Below, piece after piece: positions 50,267 to 64,000 of a stretch of 64,000 nt of DNA. Under the pieces are notes generated by a model, which did not search any database, was not told where the DNA came from, and saw only the letters and a program-made list of their open reading frames with translations. A program made the translations under genes and the position numbers. Origin of the DNA: Octopus sinensis (Eukaryota); contig NC_043004.1 of NCBI RefSeq assembly GCF_006345805.1, forward strand, positions 97,526,001 through 97,590,000, in the 5' to 3' direction. The number at the start of each line of letters is the position of its first letter. The stretch's first letter is position 1.

Positions 50267-51011
50267 CCCTTTTAAAGCCTAGCCATACTCATGGGCCCAA
50301 TTTCCTGGTTTCAATGGCGTATGTGTTACCCAGGTGGACAGGACTCCAGTCCATCACTGCGTTACTCATTTTTGCCAGCTGAGTGGACTGGAGCAACATG
50401 AAATGAAGTGTTTTACTCAAGAACACAACACGTCGTCCGGTCCAGGAATCGAAACCACAATCTTACGATCATGGTGCCAACACCCTAACCACTAAGCCAC
50501 GCACCTCTACTTCTTGCCCTTTTAAAGCCTAGCCAGGCTCATGGGCCCGGTTTCCTGGTTTCAATGGCATATGTGTTACCCAGATGGATGGGACTCCAGT
50601 CCATCACTGCGTTACTCCTTTTTGCCAGCTGAGTGGACTGGAGCAACGTGAAATGAAATGTTTTGCTCAAGAACACAACACGTCGCCTGGTCCAGGGATC
50701 GAAACCACAATTTTACGATCATGATGCTGACACCCTAACCACTAAGCCATGTGCCTCCACTTCTCACCCTTTTAAAGCCTAGCCAGGCTCATGGGACTGG
50801 TTTCCTGGTTTCAATGGCTCATGTGTTCCCCAGCTGGATGGGACGCCTGTCCATCACAGCTTTACTCATTTTTGCCAGCTGAGTGGACTGGAGCAACATG
50901 AGAAGAAGTGTTTTGCTCAAGAACACAATGCGTCGCCCGGTCCAGGGATCGAAACCACAATCTTACGATCATGATGCTGACACCCTAACCACTAAGCCAC
51001 GCGCTTCCACA
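50267..51011 (-). mobile_element. Head-to-tail trimer of SINE family C (250-bp period)
   Basis: cccttttaaagcctagcc at 50267, 50517 and 50767; each unit ends accctaaccactaagcca (tRNA head on the minus strand). Confidence 0.9.
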
Positions 51012-51340
51012 TGGAAAGAGATGTGCTTGTTATTTAATAGTTATGTGAATGTACAGAAACTCTTCTATTACTGATAATACAGATAATTCAACAACATTAT
51101 GAATTATCCAATACAACAAATTATGAATAATGAATTAAATTATTGTTTAAGAGTTTTCTATTTTTACTTCTGTTTGCTGTTAGAGGTAGGAAATAAAAAG
51201 ACCAAATGGAAATAACTATACTTCTCTTAAAAATTACAAGTAATAGAATTTTTATACATAACATTTTGTAGGTTTTCCCAGACTGATATGATCAATGTGG
51301 TTTCAAGATCTTTTATGAGTAACAGGAAAATTTTCCTTAA

Positions 51341-51706
51341 CCCTTTTGTTACCCTATTTATTTTGAGATGCTCTGTGTTTCATTCAATTTTCAGTCCCAC
51401 TGCATGGCATTTTGGGTAGGTGTCTTCTACTATAGCCCCGAGTCGACCGAAGCTTTGTGATTGAATTCGGTAGGTGGAAGTTACTGCCGTGTGTGTATGT
51501 GTGCGTATAGCTGCTCAGTGCCTCTCCGAAAGAGAGAGAGGGGATAACAAAGAATTTAGTAAAAGAACTTAGTTATCATTAAGCTAGTATTGGGAACATA
51601 AATTGTGACTAAGGTTTGGTGGAAGATTTTAATTCAATACTTATGAAATCAAGAGATTTGTACTACAGAGCCAGAGGTGGTTTTGGCCGGGTTGGTATCA
51701 AAAGGG
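51341..51706 (-). mobile_element. piggyBac-type MITE with a nested SINE A fragment (about 51391-51540)
   Basis: TTAA-cccttttgttacc ... ggtatcaaaaggg-TTAA; internal sequence is the reverse complement of 32366-32586. Confidence 0.8.
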
Positions 51707-52999
51707 TTAAATTACACTTCCCTGTATTTAAGAAGGGATGACCGAAACTTTCTCACTGTTTTGTCACTCTAAATACCAACTCTACATTTCCAGCAACCCT
51801 CATCAATGTCGCTGGTATTTTGTTCAGAGGTTTTCAGCTCTTAACAATGCATCATGAAAGTGTTTTAGTAAAAGCTCAATGTACAAAGTCTACAAAGAGT
51901 AATGCCAACATGTTAAAAGTTTTTAAATCTTCAAGCATCAACAAAAACAATTTCTCCCAAACTATGGCTCAAAATCTTGCTATATAAAAAAATATAACAG
52001 TAATAATTGGTGTTGTATGTCTCCTCAAAATCTCTAAGGAAATGCCTGCTTTTGGTAGTTTGAAATTTAGTTATGATCAGTGATCCATTCTAAATGGATT
52101 TATTTTTTTAAATGCAATTTCTGTTATTCTTGTTACATCAGCTCTTAAACTGTGATCACTAGCATGGTTAGATTAATTTAAGATCTCTACCAGTAATGAG
52201 TTGACATTATTGAAGAGAACTCCAAGTAATCAATGCATTTGGAACTTCTGTATCAAAGCAGTTGCTAAGATACCAGCTCCTGCTACTGCCAAGAGTCTCC
52301 AAAACTAATGGACTCCTTGTTACATGACATGATTATTATTCTTATTTTTTTTTTGCAACTAACACAATATATCCATTTTGTTCATATTACCATTGAGAAA
52401 GGTGATAAAACTAACATGAGAAGATTCATCTTCATGGCTGGGGTTGGTAAGTGACATCAGAGAAACAGATAATATTCAAATCTAAAAATTTTCCCAATTA
52501 TGAAAATGATATGAATTTAAGCTTTAATAATTTTTTAATAGCTTCAAGCAAAATCTTCACTTTAAGATGCTTTCCAATTTTGCTCATTCTACAAATCTCA
52601 AATGACATATCTTATTCAGTCTGAGTAGACACCCACATCAACAATCCGAAAATCTTTTTAATTCAAATTTCTCACCTCTGTATAACTCATAGTTCTCTCT
52701 TAGTGACCTTCTTTACTTATTTTTATTGGAGATATGAACAATATGCAAAATGCTTTAGTCTGAGACTTTTTCTAAATGTGAAAATAATATAGTATCTTTC
52801 TTAGATGAAATTTTTGATAATGTTTTAACTTCAAACACAATCTTTACACTAATACTATTGTCACAAACACTTATTGCATTTTTCAATTCAGCTAGTACCT
52901 GATTGACCTTCTTGTACTATGACTGAGGTACATTATCCAACTTTAACGATACATCTGTTCAGCTTATACAAATGCAGGTTTTGGGGGTACTGGACATAC

Positions 53000-53255
53000 A
53001 TCAGAATGTAACACCTGCACAGGTGAGGTCAAACCATGCTAAAACTGACCTCACCTGTGCTGGTGTCACGTAAAAAGCACTCAGCTACTCTGAAGGATGG
53101 TTGGTGTTAGGAAGAGCACCCTAATATACCAAACACACAAAGCCTATGCCAATACAGACACTGAGGCCTAGTGCAGTTTTCTGCCTAGTCAGCTCCTGTC
53201 AAACCATGTAACCCATGCCAGGCATGGATGGAGGACATTAAACAATGATGATGAT
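53000..53255 (+). mobile_element. RTE-type 3' tail module with a 14-bp stem hairpin
   Basis: gcacaggtgaggtc / gacctcacctgtgc inverted repeat, then ggttggtgttaggaag...aacccatgccaggcatgg...ttaaacaatgatgatg. Confidence 0.65.
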
Positions 53256-53519
53256 TTAGCTCACTATACACCTCACTTCAGTATGTCACCCTGCAAAAAG
53301 GCTAAGCTGAACTCAAGACACTGCACTTACCAATACTTAACTGTTACAGTTAATATTTCTAACTGCATTGCTTCAGTGCAGCAAGATGGTCTTATTATGT
53401 GAATCTTCCTCATAATAACATGTGATGAGATGGGCCTGCATTATGCTATTATTTTATTATATTTGTGTTTTATAGTAATATACTCATAGTTGTTAATGTC
53501 GGGGTCAGTCAGGTCGGTC

Positions 53520-53842
53520 GGGACCCACTTCGGTCACGGCACTGACCATGGGATTGCACCTAGAAAGCTACCCACCTAGTCACAAGTCTGGGCAAGGTGG
53601 TTTATTGAAGATCAGCAGTCGCCCATGCATACCAGCCTCCACTCTCCATGCCACCAGTATTATCCAAGGGAAAGGCAGCAGCCGATACAGCTTGGCACCC
53701 GTGACATCACAACTCATTTCTACAGCTGAGTGAACTGGAGCAACGTGAAATAAAGTGTCTTGCTCAAGAACACAACATGCAACCTGGTCCGGGATTCGAG
53801 CTCACAACCTCACGATTGTAAGCTCAACGCTCTAACCACTGT
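53520..53842 (-). mobile_element. tRNA-derived SINE family D
   Basis: Homologous to 20693-20990; ends gctctaaccact. Confidence 0.75.
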
Positions 53843-54867
53843 TAATGTAGTGTTCTGATTAGTGACATGTACATATTTGTATGCAACATTTTTTCTTCAT
53901 ATTTTGTATGTCTTTATGTTTAACGTAAATTACTTCTTTTACTCATCATTGCGGAGCATATTTTTGATCACCATCTTCAGCAGTTTCTTCTGTTACCACC
54001 TTCCATTGACCCACATAATTTCAATGAACACAGATAGTGTTTTCATTCTCCTCTCCTGGTATTATATTTACCCAATGACTGTATTTTTCTTTTGAATTTG
54101 GCTGTGTAGTCATAGTTTTTCCTTATTCTTCACTCTTCTCATCCATTCATTTAATGCTCCACCATTTTATTCTTACCTGGTTTTTCTGAGCTGTCTCTTA
54201 AATCCGCAATAGTGTAATTAACTTCTTCATTGTGTATTTTATTCTCTCCAGCATCTTCCTGATCCAAGCTTTCAATTTCTCATTAGACAGATCTTTATGC
54301 ACTTCATTCACCACGGCTCTATATTCTACACTACTTTCACATTCTCTCTAATGAAAACTTTTTTTTCAGATGCCTTTTTGTTCTTACACAGCTTTTATAG
54401 ATGACATGGATGCAGCCTATAGAATGCTCTTCCATGTCTAATTAACACGATTTGAACTTCTCTCTAACAGAATGACATCATCCTGTGAAGTTTTGTCTTT
54501 TACAATAGATTTGACCAATGGCAACAAAATCACCATCTGTATAACTTCTAACATTGGACCTCAATGCACTTTTGATTCTTTCACTAGCTTCAGGTTCTTT
54601 GAAACTTTCCTACTGTATGGAGAGCATTGAATTTATGCTAAGCATGTCACTAGTTGTTGCAGATACCACAGAAGGTTACTGAGCAATCAGAAGTGAAAGT
54701 ATGTTAACACTAGAACAAAATGTATGATTCTCGGATGCATTTTTAGGACTGATAGCCATGCTCATATTTCTCCCCTTTTAATGTTTTCTCCATCACTTGA
54801 GCCCTTATCAAGTTATGTTGCTCCACTATACCATCACTCAATAGACTTTCTGCAGCAGTACTACAGG

Positions 54868-55045
54868 TTTCGTCTGCCATTACGTTCTGAGTTCAAATTC
54901 TGCCGAGGTCGACTTTGTCTTTCATCCTTTCGGGGTCGATAAATTAAGTACCAGTTACGCACTGGGGTCGATATAATCGACTTAATATTTTGTCCTTGTT
55001 TGTCCCCTCTATGTTTAGCCTCTTGTGGGTAATAAAGAAATAAAT
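54868..55045 (+). mobile_element. Headless SINE family B body unit
   Basis: Starts at tttcgtctgcc, the same point as the internal units of the multimers; ends gggtaataaagaaata. Confidence 0.82.
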
Positions 55046-55289
55046 ATTTAGTTTTCTTTTAATCTCACTGTAATAATCATTGCTAAACATCCAACCTCTG
55101 ATATCTCTTAAAAATGACCAGGTGATTCAAAATAAGATCATCATCATCATCTTCATCAACATTTAACTAATGCTATCATTTGTTTGGATGGTTTGACTCG
55201 AACTGGCAAGCTTGAGAGCTGCACTTGTTTCCAGTCGGATTTGATGTGGTTTCTACAGCTGGATGCTCTTCCTAAAGCCAACTAGTTTG

Positions 55290-55798
55290 GGATTCAAGCC
55301 TCTTCTCCTTATCTCCTCAAAGACATACAACATCTCAAAAGAGTCCAGAAGCTGGCTACCTGCATGGTTCTTGGTCTCAAGAATTTGTCTTATGAAGAAA
55401 GGCTGAAGACGCCCAACTTTTATTCTCTAGAAAAACGACGACGCCGTGGTGATCTCATTCTTGCTCACAACATCATAAGTGGAAAGTGTAACCTCTCGAA
55501 AGAGCTGTTCTTCACTCCTGCTCCAGAGCGTCGGCTGTGAGGTCACTCCAAAAAGCTCTATCTGCGACGATTTCATCTCAATCGAAGGAGGGGGGGCTTT
55601 CTCCGTCCAGGTTGCGGATCCGTGGAATAAGCTGCCGGACGAGATGGTGAAGATGCCGACGACCGCTCGGTTCAAAGTCTCCCTTGACCAGAAATGGCCT
55701 GAACTCTTTACATGAACACCCTCTCTGTACATAACTCCATGTCCCCCTACATGGCCTTGCTTTTTGCTTTTTGAGCCAAAATTTAACTAACTAACTAA
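55290..55798 (+). mobile_element. CR1-clade LINE 3' end
   Basis: SPYLLKDIQHLKRVQKLAT...LSYEERLK...LEKRRRRGDLI...GHSKKL...FSVQVADPWNKLP...DQKWPELF, then a short UTR and (CTAA)n tail. Confidence 0.88.
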
Positions 55799-56132
55799 GA
55801 GTGTGCTAGGTGCTTTTTTACGAGGCACTGGCATTGGTGCTTTTACATGGCACCGGCATGGGTGCTATGCTGGGGCACCATCATGGGAACTTTTCACGTG
55901 ACACCAGCATGGGTGTTTTTACATGGCACATCAAAAATATATTCTTGCTGATCATTTCATTTTCATTGTTTTAATTAACATAGTGGTGAAGTATATAGTG
56001 GTGGCATCAGTGAGATACAGAATCCAAGACTTATTATAAAGATATTCCTCCAAATGATGATAAACTATGTCATTGAAAGTATTCTCAAGAAGCAATCCCA
56101 TCTCTAGCTGCAAAAGTTCTAAACAAAAATGG

Positions 56133-56858
56133 GTGTAGGAGTGGCTGTGTGGTAAGTTACTTGCTTACCAACCACATGGTTCCAGGTTCAGTCCCACTGC
56201 ATGGCACCTAGTGCAAGTGTCTTCTACTATAGCCTCGGGCTGACCAAAGCCTTGTGAGTGGATTTGGTAGACAGAAACTGAAAGAAGCCTGTCATATATA
56301 TGTAAATATATATATATATATTCTACCAACACCACTATCAACTAGTACCTCTGTATTGAATTTTCTTCACCTCCTGGATACTCACCACAGGCTGCACCTC
56401 TCTTTCACGGATCTGAATCGCTAGCTTCTGCACGCATTTTTTTTCTCTCCTTGTTTCTCTCTGTGTTTCTTTTCTGTGTATCTTTCTGTTGAAGAGCGTA
56501 GGCTTGAAACGTAAAAGATTTGTTTTATTTATATTCCTGAGCGCCATACTAATACAATTGTTTGTTTGTACTCCACCTGCCTTCATCTTTTGTTTATTTT
56601 CATAAAGCTTCCCATTATATATATATGTATGTGTGTCTGTATGTGTTTGTGTGTCTGTGTTTGTCCCTCCAAGATCGCTTGACAACCGATGCTGGTGTGT
56701 TTATGTCTCCGTATCTTAGCGGTTCAGCAAAAGAGAACGATAGAATAAGTACTAGGCTTACAAAGAATAAGTCCTGGGGTCATATTGCTCGACTAAAGGT
56801 GGTGCTCCAGCATGGCCACAGTCAAATGACTGAAACAGATAAAAGAGTAAAAGAGTAA
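56133..56858 (+). mobile_element. SINE family A split by a nested insertion in its internal microsatellite
   Basis: 5' half 56133 to about 56320, 3' half about 56620-56858. Confidence 0.85.
56338..56615 (+). mobile_element. Nested PLE-like 3' fragment with a variant hammerhead motif (56480-56519)
   Basis: ATCTTT-CTGTTGA-A-GAGC-GTAG-GCTT-GAAAC-GTA/AAAGAT (6-bp stem I) followed by ttcctgagc. Confidence 0.68.
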
Positions 56859-58480
56859 AGTCACAAATCTGAAAATAGTTGCAGAGTTTTAAAAATGTGT
56901 TCTATGAATTCATTCTCGTTGAAGGTTCCACTCCTTTGAAATAAGAACACTGCTTTCTCCTTGGAAGTAAAAGCAAAGTGGCAATTGGTGATTTTCAGTC
57001 TTCTACATTTCATCTGCCTTGAGCAATGGTTTAAAGATTTTACACATAATATAATGTTTAGAATGTTTTTGAGAATATGTTAATTAAACGATGAAAATAA
57101 TGACCATAAAATGTTATTTTCCTATTTTATTGACCTACCTGCAATCCAACTAAATAACTTTTAAAGTCCAGCACCATTCCGACAGTTTTCTTTGATTCAT
57201 GGTTCAGGTGCTGAGCTAAGTAATTGCTTGCTATGTCTAGCGCTTCTGACAATCTACAGGAAACCTGACCACTTTATAAGATTTTAGTGCTACTCCGTTA
57301 CCAAAACAGCAAGTTCTGTCAGCTTTACTAGTCTTGACCAATTCTTGATCACTATCGCTCAGTGGACCCAGAAACACATTTAATCATTCATGTTACTGTC
57401 ATTGCTGCTGCCACCATTGCCATCAGCATCACTGTTGTTATCATCAGCAGCATCATCAGTTGTCATCAGTAGCCATCATAAACCCCCATCTAATATTATC
57501 TCCTTCCACAACCATCGCTACCATCCTTCTCATTGCTACCTTCATTAAGCCACTAATATCACCTCCCATTATCACCATTAACGCAATCACCCCATATATA
57601 TATACACCAATATAAACTCCACTATCAAACATCACCACCTCCATAATATAACTTCCTTCTGCCTACTCATTTCGCCTCCATCTCCTCATCTTCATCACGG
57701 CTTATATGACTATTTTAGCCACCAACAACACCAAACGACACCACAACCACGACCACCACTACGTCACTGCCATCACAACACCACCAAAGCAACACCATCA
57801 CCTTCACGACCACTATCGCCACCATCTTCATTAATTTGGGGCCCCGGTAATGGTGGTGCTGATGGTGGAGGGGATGTTTGCATGGGGGGTGGGGGGAGAG
57901 TCCAATTGGACATGATGCTGTTAAATGGAACTGATGATAAATATCAGCTGAAAAGTCACTTAACGAGCGGAGACAGCTCTGAATAAATGATTATACATGT
58001 AATTATTAGGTGATGTGGAAGTGTGGTGGTGGTGGTGGTGAAGGTGGGGGGGAGATATACAGAGAGATGAAGACAAAAAGAGGGAGAGAGAGAGAGAGAA
58101 AGAGGGAGAGAGAAACTGTGGGGAGAAAGCAAATGACGTAAGAAACAGGAGGTGGGGGTGGAAGTGGGGGGGGGGCTGTTGTGAAAGAAAAAAAGAAAGA
58201 AAAGGCAAATGAGCAGAATTTGAATTGAGGGTGTGGGGAATAACCTGGTGGTTCAGAGTGTGATTTTACAGGGGAAAAAGAGGGAGCAGATATGAGAAAG
58301 AGAGAGGGAGAGAGAGAGAGAGAGAGTGAAAGAGAGGGGGAGTAACAGAGAGAGAGAAGAGAGAGAGAGAGGGAGTGACGGAGAGAGGAAGATGGACAGA
58401 ATAAGCAGTAAAAAGAAAAACAAAACAGCATAAAATAAAATAAGATGAAATAAGTGATTTGTCATGAAAATTACCTGAAT

Positions 58481-59047
<567 letters not shown>

Positions 59048-59589
59048 TACAGCTTTTGTTGTAGGTTTTATTGTTATTTTAAACCTAAACCACAGCAAAA
59101 CAATTTATTGCTATTTTCATTACGCATCATTGAACGTGTAATCAAGTTTAGGAAACATTTATTAGCAAAATGCATCAGCTATATTCACCCACCTGGCCTT
59201 CACTCCCAGCTATTTCTTTCCTAAACATTCACACCCATATACATACACACACAAACACACACACACACACACACATGCACAGAAACACACACATACAAAC
59301 ACACTCACATACATACAGACACTTACACATATGTATATATGTATTTATATACAAGTGTATGTATGTCTTTCTAATTTCTAATTGATGACATTCAACACAC
59401 ATTGTTTATTGTTCATTATCCTAAAAAGCGATATCAACACTCACATTTATACATGCAAGCACAATAAAAAGGAGCACACATACATACATATATACATACA
59501 TATACACACACATACACACATACATACAGACACACACATATATACATGTACATACACATAATAAACAGCTGTCCCCAATATTCAATAAA

Positions 59590-59614
59590 CATATTCATAT
59601 ATATATGTATATAC

Positions 59615-59686
<72 letters not shown>

Positions 59687-59808
59687 GTGTATGTATATAT
59701 ATATATATATTATATATATTTATCTGTGTATATATATCTGTATATGTAAATACATATACATATATATGTATGTGTATGTGTGTGCTGTGTATGCTTGAAT
59801 ATATATAT

Positions 59809-59869
<61 letters not shown>

Positions 59870-60229
59870 TATCTACACACATATATACATACATAAACAC
59901 AGACATACATGAATAGACACCCATCTACAAACAGCAGGAAACGATTCAATTTAGTTTATGATTGATAATAATGGTAAATTCCTGACAGTTTAAGGTAGTG
60001 ATTTCAGAATGTAAATTGGTTAGGTTTCCGCCTTTTAATTAAAATACACATATGCATAGGTTTACCCTTGTATGCATATTCCCAAATAAACACATACACA
60101 TTCACATACAGACATACACAAAACACACAAAGCTATAATATATTTCAATGTATGTATGTATGTAAGTGTATACACAAACATATATATATATATATGATTG
60201 TATCTATATATGTATCTGTCTATCAGTAT

Positions 60230-60322
<93 letters not shown>

Positions 60323-60489
60323 GATAGATAGATAGACAGATAGATATAGATAGATATATATGCATATATATATATATACATACATATATATATCGAAGTA
60401 TTATATATCATTTGAAATATATATAAAATGTATTATTCATAAACTCTTTTGATCTTATGCACACATACATGCATTCATACATATATTTC

Positions 60490-60547
<58 letters not shown>

Positions 60548-60810
60548 TAGATATATCTATACCTATGTCTCTCTCTATCTGTGTCTACATACATATATAT
60601 GTATGTATATATATATATGTATGTATGTATATGGATACAGAATGTAGGTATACATGTTTACTTATATATATATATGTGTATGTATGTGTGTGTATGTGTG
60701 TGTATGTGTCTGTATGTGTATGTACACAGATGTATAGGTATACATACATATACACCTATAATATATTTATATATATGTGTGTGTGTGTACTCAGAGAGAC
60801 ACATATACAT
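59590..60810. repeat. Cluster of (TA)n/(GATA)n/(TG)n microsatellites
   Basis: Direct inspection. Confidence 0.9.
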
Positions 60811-61540
60811 ACATAAATAATTCTTCAAAGTTAAGCAACAGCAAAAGATCTGAGATAAATAAACAGTATTAATGGGATCTAAAATGTTGAAATTCAACAA
60901 AAACAAAAAAAAAAAAAAAAAGAGAAAATAATAATAAATTGATTAACAACGAAAACAACAACAACAAGTTGTATTTGAACTAACACCACTACCATTGCAT
61001 TCACCATCATCATACGCCAAGAACTCCTTCACGTCCTTTTCCACTACCTCCACCTAAAACCACCAACAGCAACAACAACTACAAGACCATCAACATCAGT
61101 GAAATGAAGTAATAAAATTATAAACAAAAACACTTTCAGTATAAACACAGAAAATATTATCATCAATAAAACTACTTAGATATGATATATAATTTGTGCC
61201 TAATTTGATACCTAATTGTTTGCAGACCATTAAAAGACTTTATGGCTGTTGTTACCGCAATGCAAGTAAAATAGGCTTAGTTAACACCTCATCATCAGTA
61301 TCGCTTTCACACACACACATCTATGTATATATGGAACTAGATACACATATATACACACACCCATATATATATATATATGTATGTATCTATGTATCTATGT
61401 ATATATGAATGCATTTATTTATGTATATATTGGAGGGGAGGTATTCAAATCTTTGAAATATTTTAATATGAAAATTGAACATCAATTTTTAAATCGTTGC
61501 AATTAATATTTTCCGTTCCTTTTCCTAATTATACACACTG

Positions 61541-61592
<52 letters not shown>

Positions 61593-61949
61593 GTTATTAT
61601 TATTATTATTATTATTTATATTTTTTTCCCCCCTACATCTTCCTGCAATATGTGCTTACATGTTTTGAGTTATTTTTTATAGCCCTGTTTACCTATTACT
61701 CATTAAAATTTGCTGATATCTATGACTGAGTGTTGTATGTTATACAAATTTGCAAGACAGATTTTGAGGTACTTCTCCTTGTGGTTATTTTTTCTCATAT
61801 CTTTACTTTTTTTCTTTTTTTTTTGTAAGTCTTACTCATGTGAAGTTTTGTGTCCAGCATTGATATTCATCAAACACTCTTTTTTTAGCACGTTTGCAAT
61901 TGTCTTGCAACTGAAACCCAGTCATTTATGTATGCCCAAGTATTTATTT

Positions 61950-62882
61950 CTTTGTTGCCCACAGGGGGCTAAACATAGAGAGGACAAACAAGGACAGACA
62001 AAGGGATTAAGTCGATTACATTGACCCCAGTGAGTAACTGGTACTTATTTAATCAACCCCCAAAATGATGAAAGGCAAAGTCAACCTCGGCGGAATTTGA
62101 ACTCAGAACGTAGTGGCAGACGAAATACCTATTTCTTTACTACCCACAAGGGGCTACACACAGAGGGGACAAACAAGGACAGACAAAAGGATTAAGTCGA
62201 TTACATTGACCCCAGTGCGTAACTGGTACTTGTTTAATCAACCTCAAAAATGATGAAAGGCAAAGTCAACCTCGGCGGAATTTGAACTCAGAACGTAGTG
62301 GCAGACGAAATACCTATTTCTTTACTACCCACAGAGGGGACAAACAAGGACAGACAAAAGGATTAAGTCGATTACATTGACCCCAGTGAGTACCTGGTAC
62401 TTATTTAATCAACCCCCAAAATGATGAAAGGCAAAGTCAACCTCGGCGGAATTTGACTCAGAACGTAGTGGCAGACGAAATACCTATTTCTTTACTACCC
62501 ACAGAGGGGACAAACAAGGACAGACAAAAGGATTAAGTCGATACATTGACCCCAGTGCGTAACTGGTACTTGTTTAATCAACCTCAAAAGGATGAAGGCA
62601 AAGTCAACAACCTCGGCAGAATTTGAACTCAGACGTAGTGGCAGACGAAATACTATTTCTTTACTACCCAAGGGGCTACACACAGAGGGGACAAACAAGG
62701 ACAGACAAAAGATTAAGTCGATTACATTGACCCCAGTGCGTAACTGGTACTTGTTTAATCAACCTCAAAAAGATGAAAGGCAAAGTCGACATCGGCGGAA
62801 TTTGAACTCAGAACGTAGCAACAGACAAAATACCCCTAAGCATTTCGTCCGGCATGCTAACGATTCTGCCAGCTCACCACCT
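61950..62882 (-). mobile_element. SINE family B pentamer (one head, five body units of about 170-190 bp)
   Basis: Junction gacgaaata(c)ctatttctttactaccc repeats four times; a single head (gattctgccagctcaccacc) lies at the right end. Confidence 0.88.
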
Positions 62883-63262
62883 TTGTATGCCCAAGTATTG
62901 ACAACTTTGAATATTTGCAAATGTTTCATGATTTTTAATGAAATCTCATGGTTTTAAAGATCCTTGCATGAAAATACCATGACATAATTTATATTTGAAA
63001 TAAGGACTACATTACAGGGTTAAAATTATTTGAACATGCTGCTCAATAAAAGTAGGATAATCCTATAAAAACACCAGTTTTAAATCTTTTAACATTCAGA
63101 TTTTGTTTGACAAATCAATAAACCTGTAATTAATTTTTAAATATAAAATAATTTTACCGGAAAATCATAAAATTAGTGTTTGACACTTTTCTTGTAAAAA
63201 TATTTTTGTTGTTATTTGATGTAAATGTGGTGTTGTGGTCCTTATGCTTATAACTTTATTAC

Positions 63263-63471
63263 TCTCTTTTACTCTTTTACTTTTTTCAGTCATTTGACTG
63301 CGGCCATGCTGGAGCACCGCCTTTAGTCGAGCAAATCGACCTGGGACTTATTCTTTGTAAGCCCGGTACTTATTCTATCGGTCTCTTTTGCCGAACCGCT
63401 AAGTTACGGGGACGTAAACACACCAGCATCGGTTGTCAAGCAATGCTAGGGAGACAAACACAGACACACAA

Positions 63472-63506
<35 letters not shown>

Positions 63507-63678
63507 CATATATACGACAGGCTTCTTTCAGTTTCCGTCTACCTAATCCACTCACAAGGCATTGGTCAGCCCAAGGCTATAGTAGAAGACACTTGCCCAA
63601 GATGCCACGCAGTGGAACTGAACCCAGAACCATGTGGTTGTTTAGCAAGCTACTTACCACACGGCTACTCCTGCGCCT
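63263..63678 (-). mobile_element. SINE family A
   Basis: Full reverse-complement copy. Confidence 0.9.
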
Positions 63679-63960
63679 ATTGTGTAACATATTTTTGAAC
63701 ATTTTACATTTTATTGAATATTTCACAAGAAAAAGATGTCTTTGCAACTCTATCTGAATTCTAATATGTCAACTTGCTTGTGAATCTTTGCTGTAGGCTA
63801 TCTGATTTATGGTAGCAGAGCAGACAGTTACAAACACACCATAGTTATAAACACACACTTATCTTCATTATTTGAAGTGTATGTGTGTATTCAAAGTGGA
63901 ACCCCCAGCATTGCTATGGTCTATTGACTGAAACATTTAAAAGATAAACGATCTATGAAT

Positions 63961-64000
63961 AGGCGCAGGAGTGGCTGTGTTGTAAGTAGCTTGTTAACCA
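63961..64000 (+). mobile_element. SINE family A head (runs off the window)
   Basis: aggcgcaggagtggctgtgttgtaagtagcttg. Confidence 0.75.

Noticed and set aside
53960-54660. Possible very old RTE-like C-terminal remnant on the minus strand
   Set aside because: Only vague motif resemblance (LYKSCVR, RIKWWEH) across many stops; not supportable by eye.

Overview
AT-rich, microsatellite-saturated animal genomic DNA. The repeat families and microsatellite load point to an octopus (coleoid cephalopod); this is inferred, not database-checked. No host protein-coding gene can be supported; there is one weak candidate exon at about 40.5 kb. Almost all supplied ORFs are microsatellite or SINE read-throughs. 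The window is a layered transposon landscape: decayed RTE, CR1, R4/Dong-like and I/Jockey-like LINE fragments, a full-length but dead Tc1, an interrupted mariner, piggyBac-type and foldback MITEs, at least three tRNA-derived SINE families (some as head-to-tail multimers) and Penelope-like (PLE) 3' ends. The most striking signal is a set of hammerhead-ribozyme motifs. One has a fully canonical type I core with a palindromic stem III (11818-11908, minus strand). A minimal one lies about 240 nt upstream on the same strand. Three more carry a variant core (CUGU[U/G]GA), and one of these is physically linked to a PLE GIY-YIG remnant. Also notable are a C4HC3 PHD-type finger inside an RTE reverse transcriptase, a 2.3-kb modular hairpin array in that LINE's 3' UTR, a recurrent SINE multimer junction, and a 293-bp near-identical insertion copied from 5 kb away. 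Coordinates were counted by eye; element boundaries are approximate unless a TSD or TIR is quoted.
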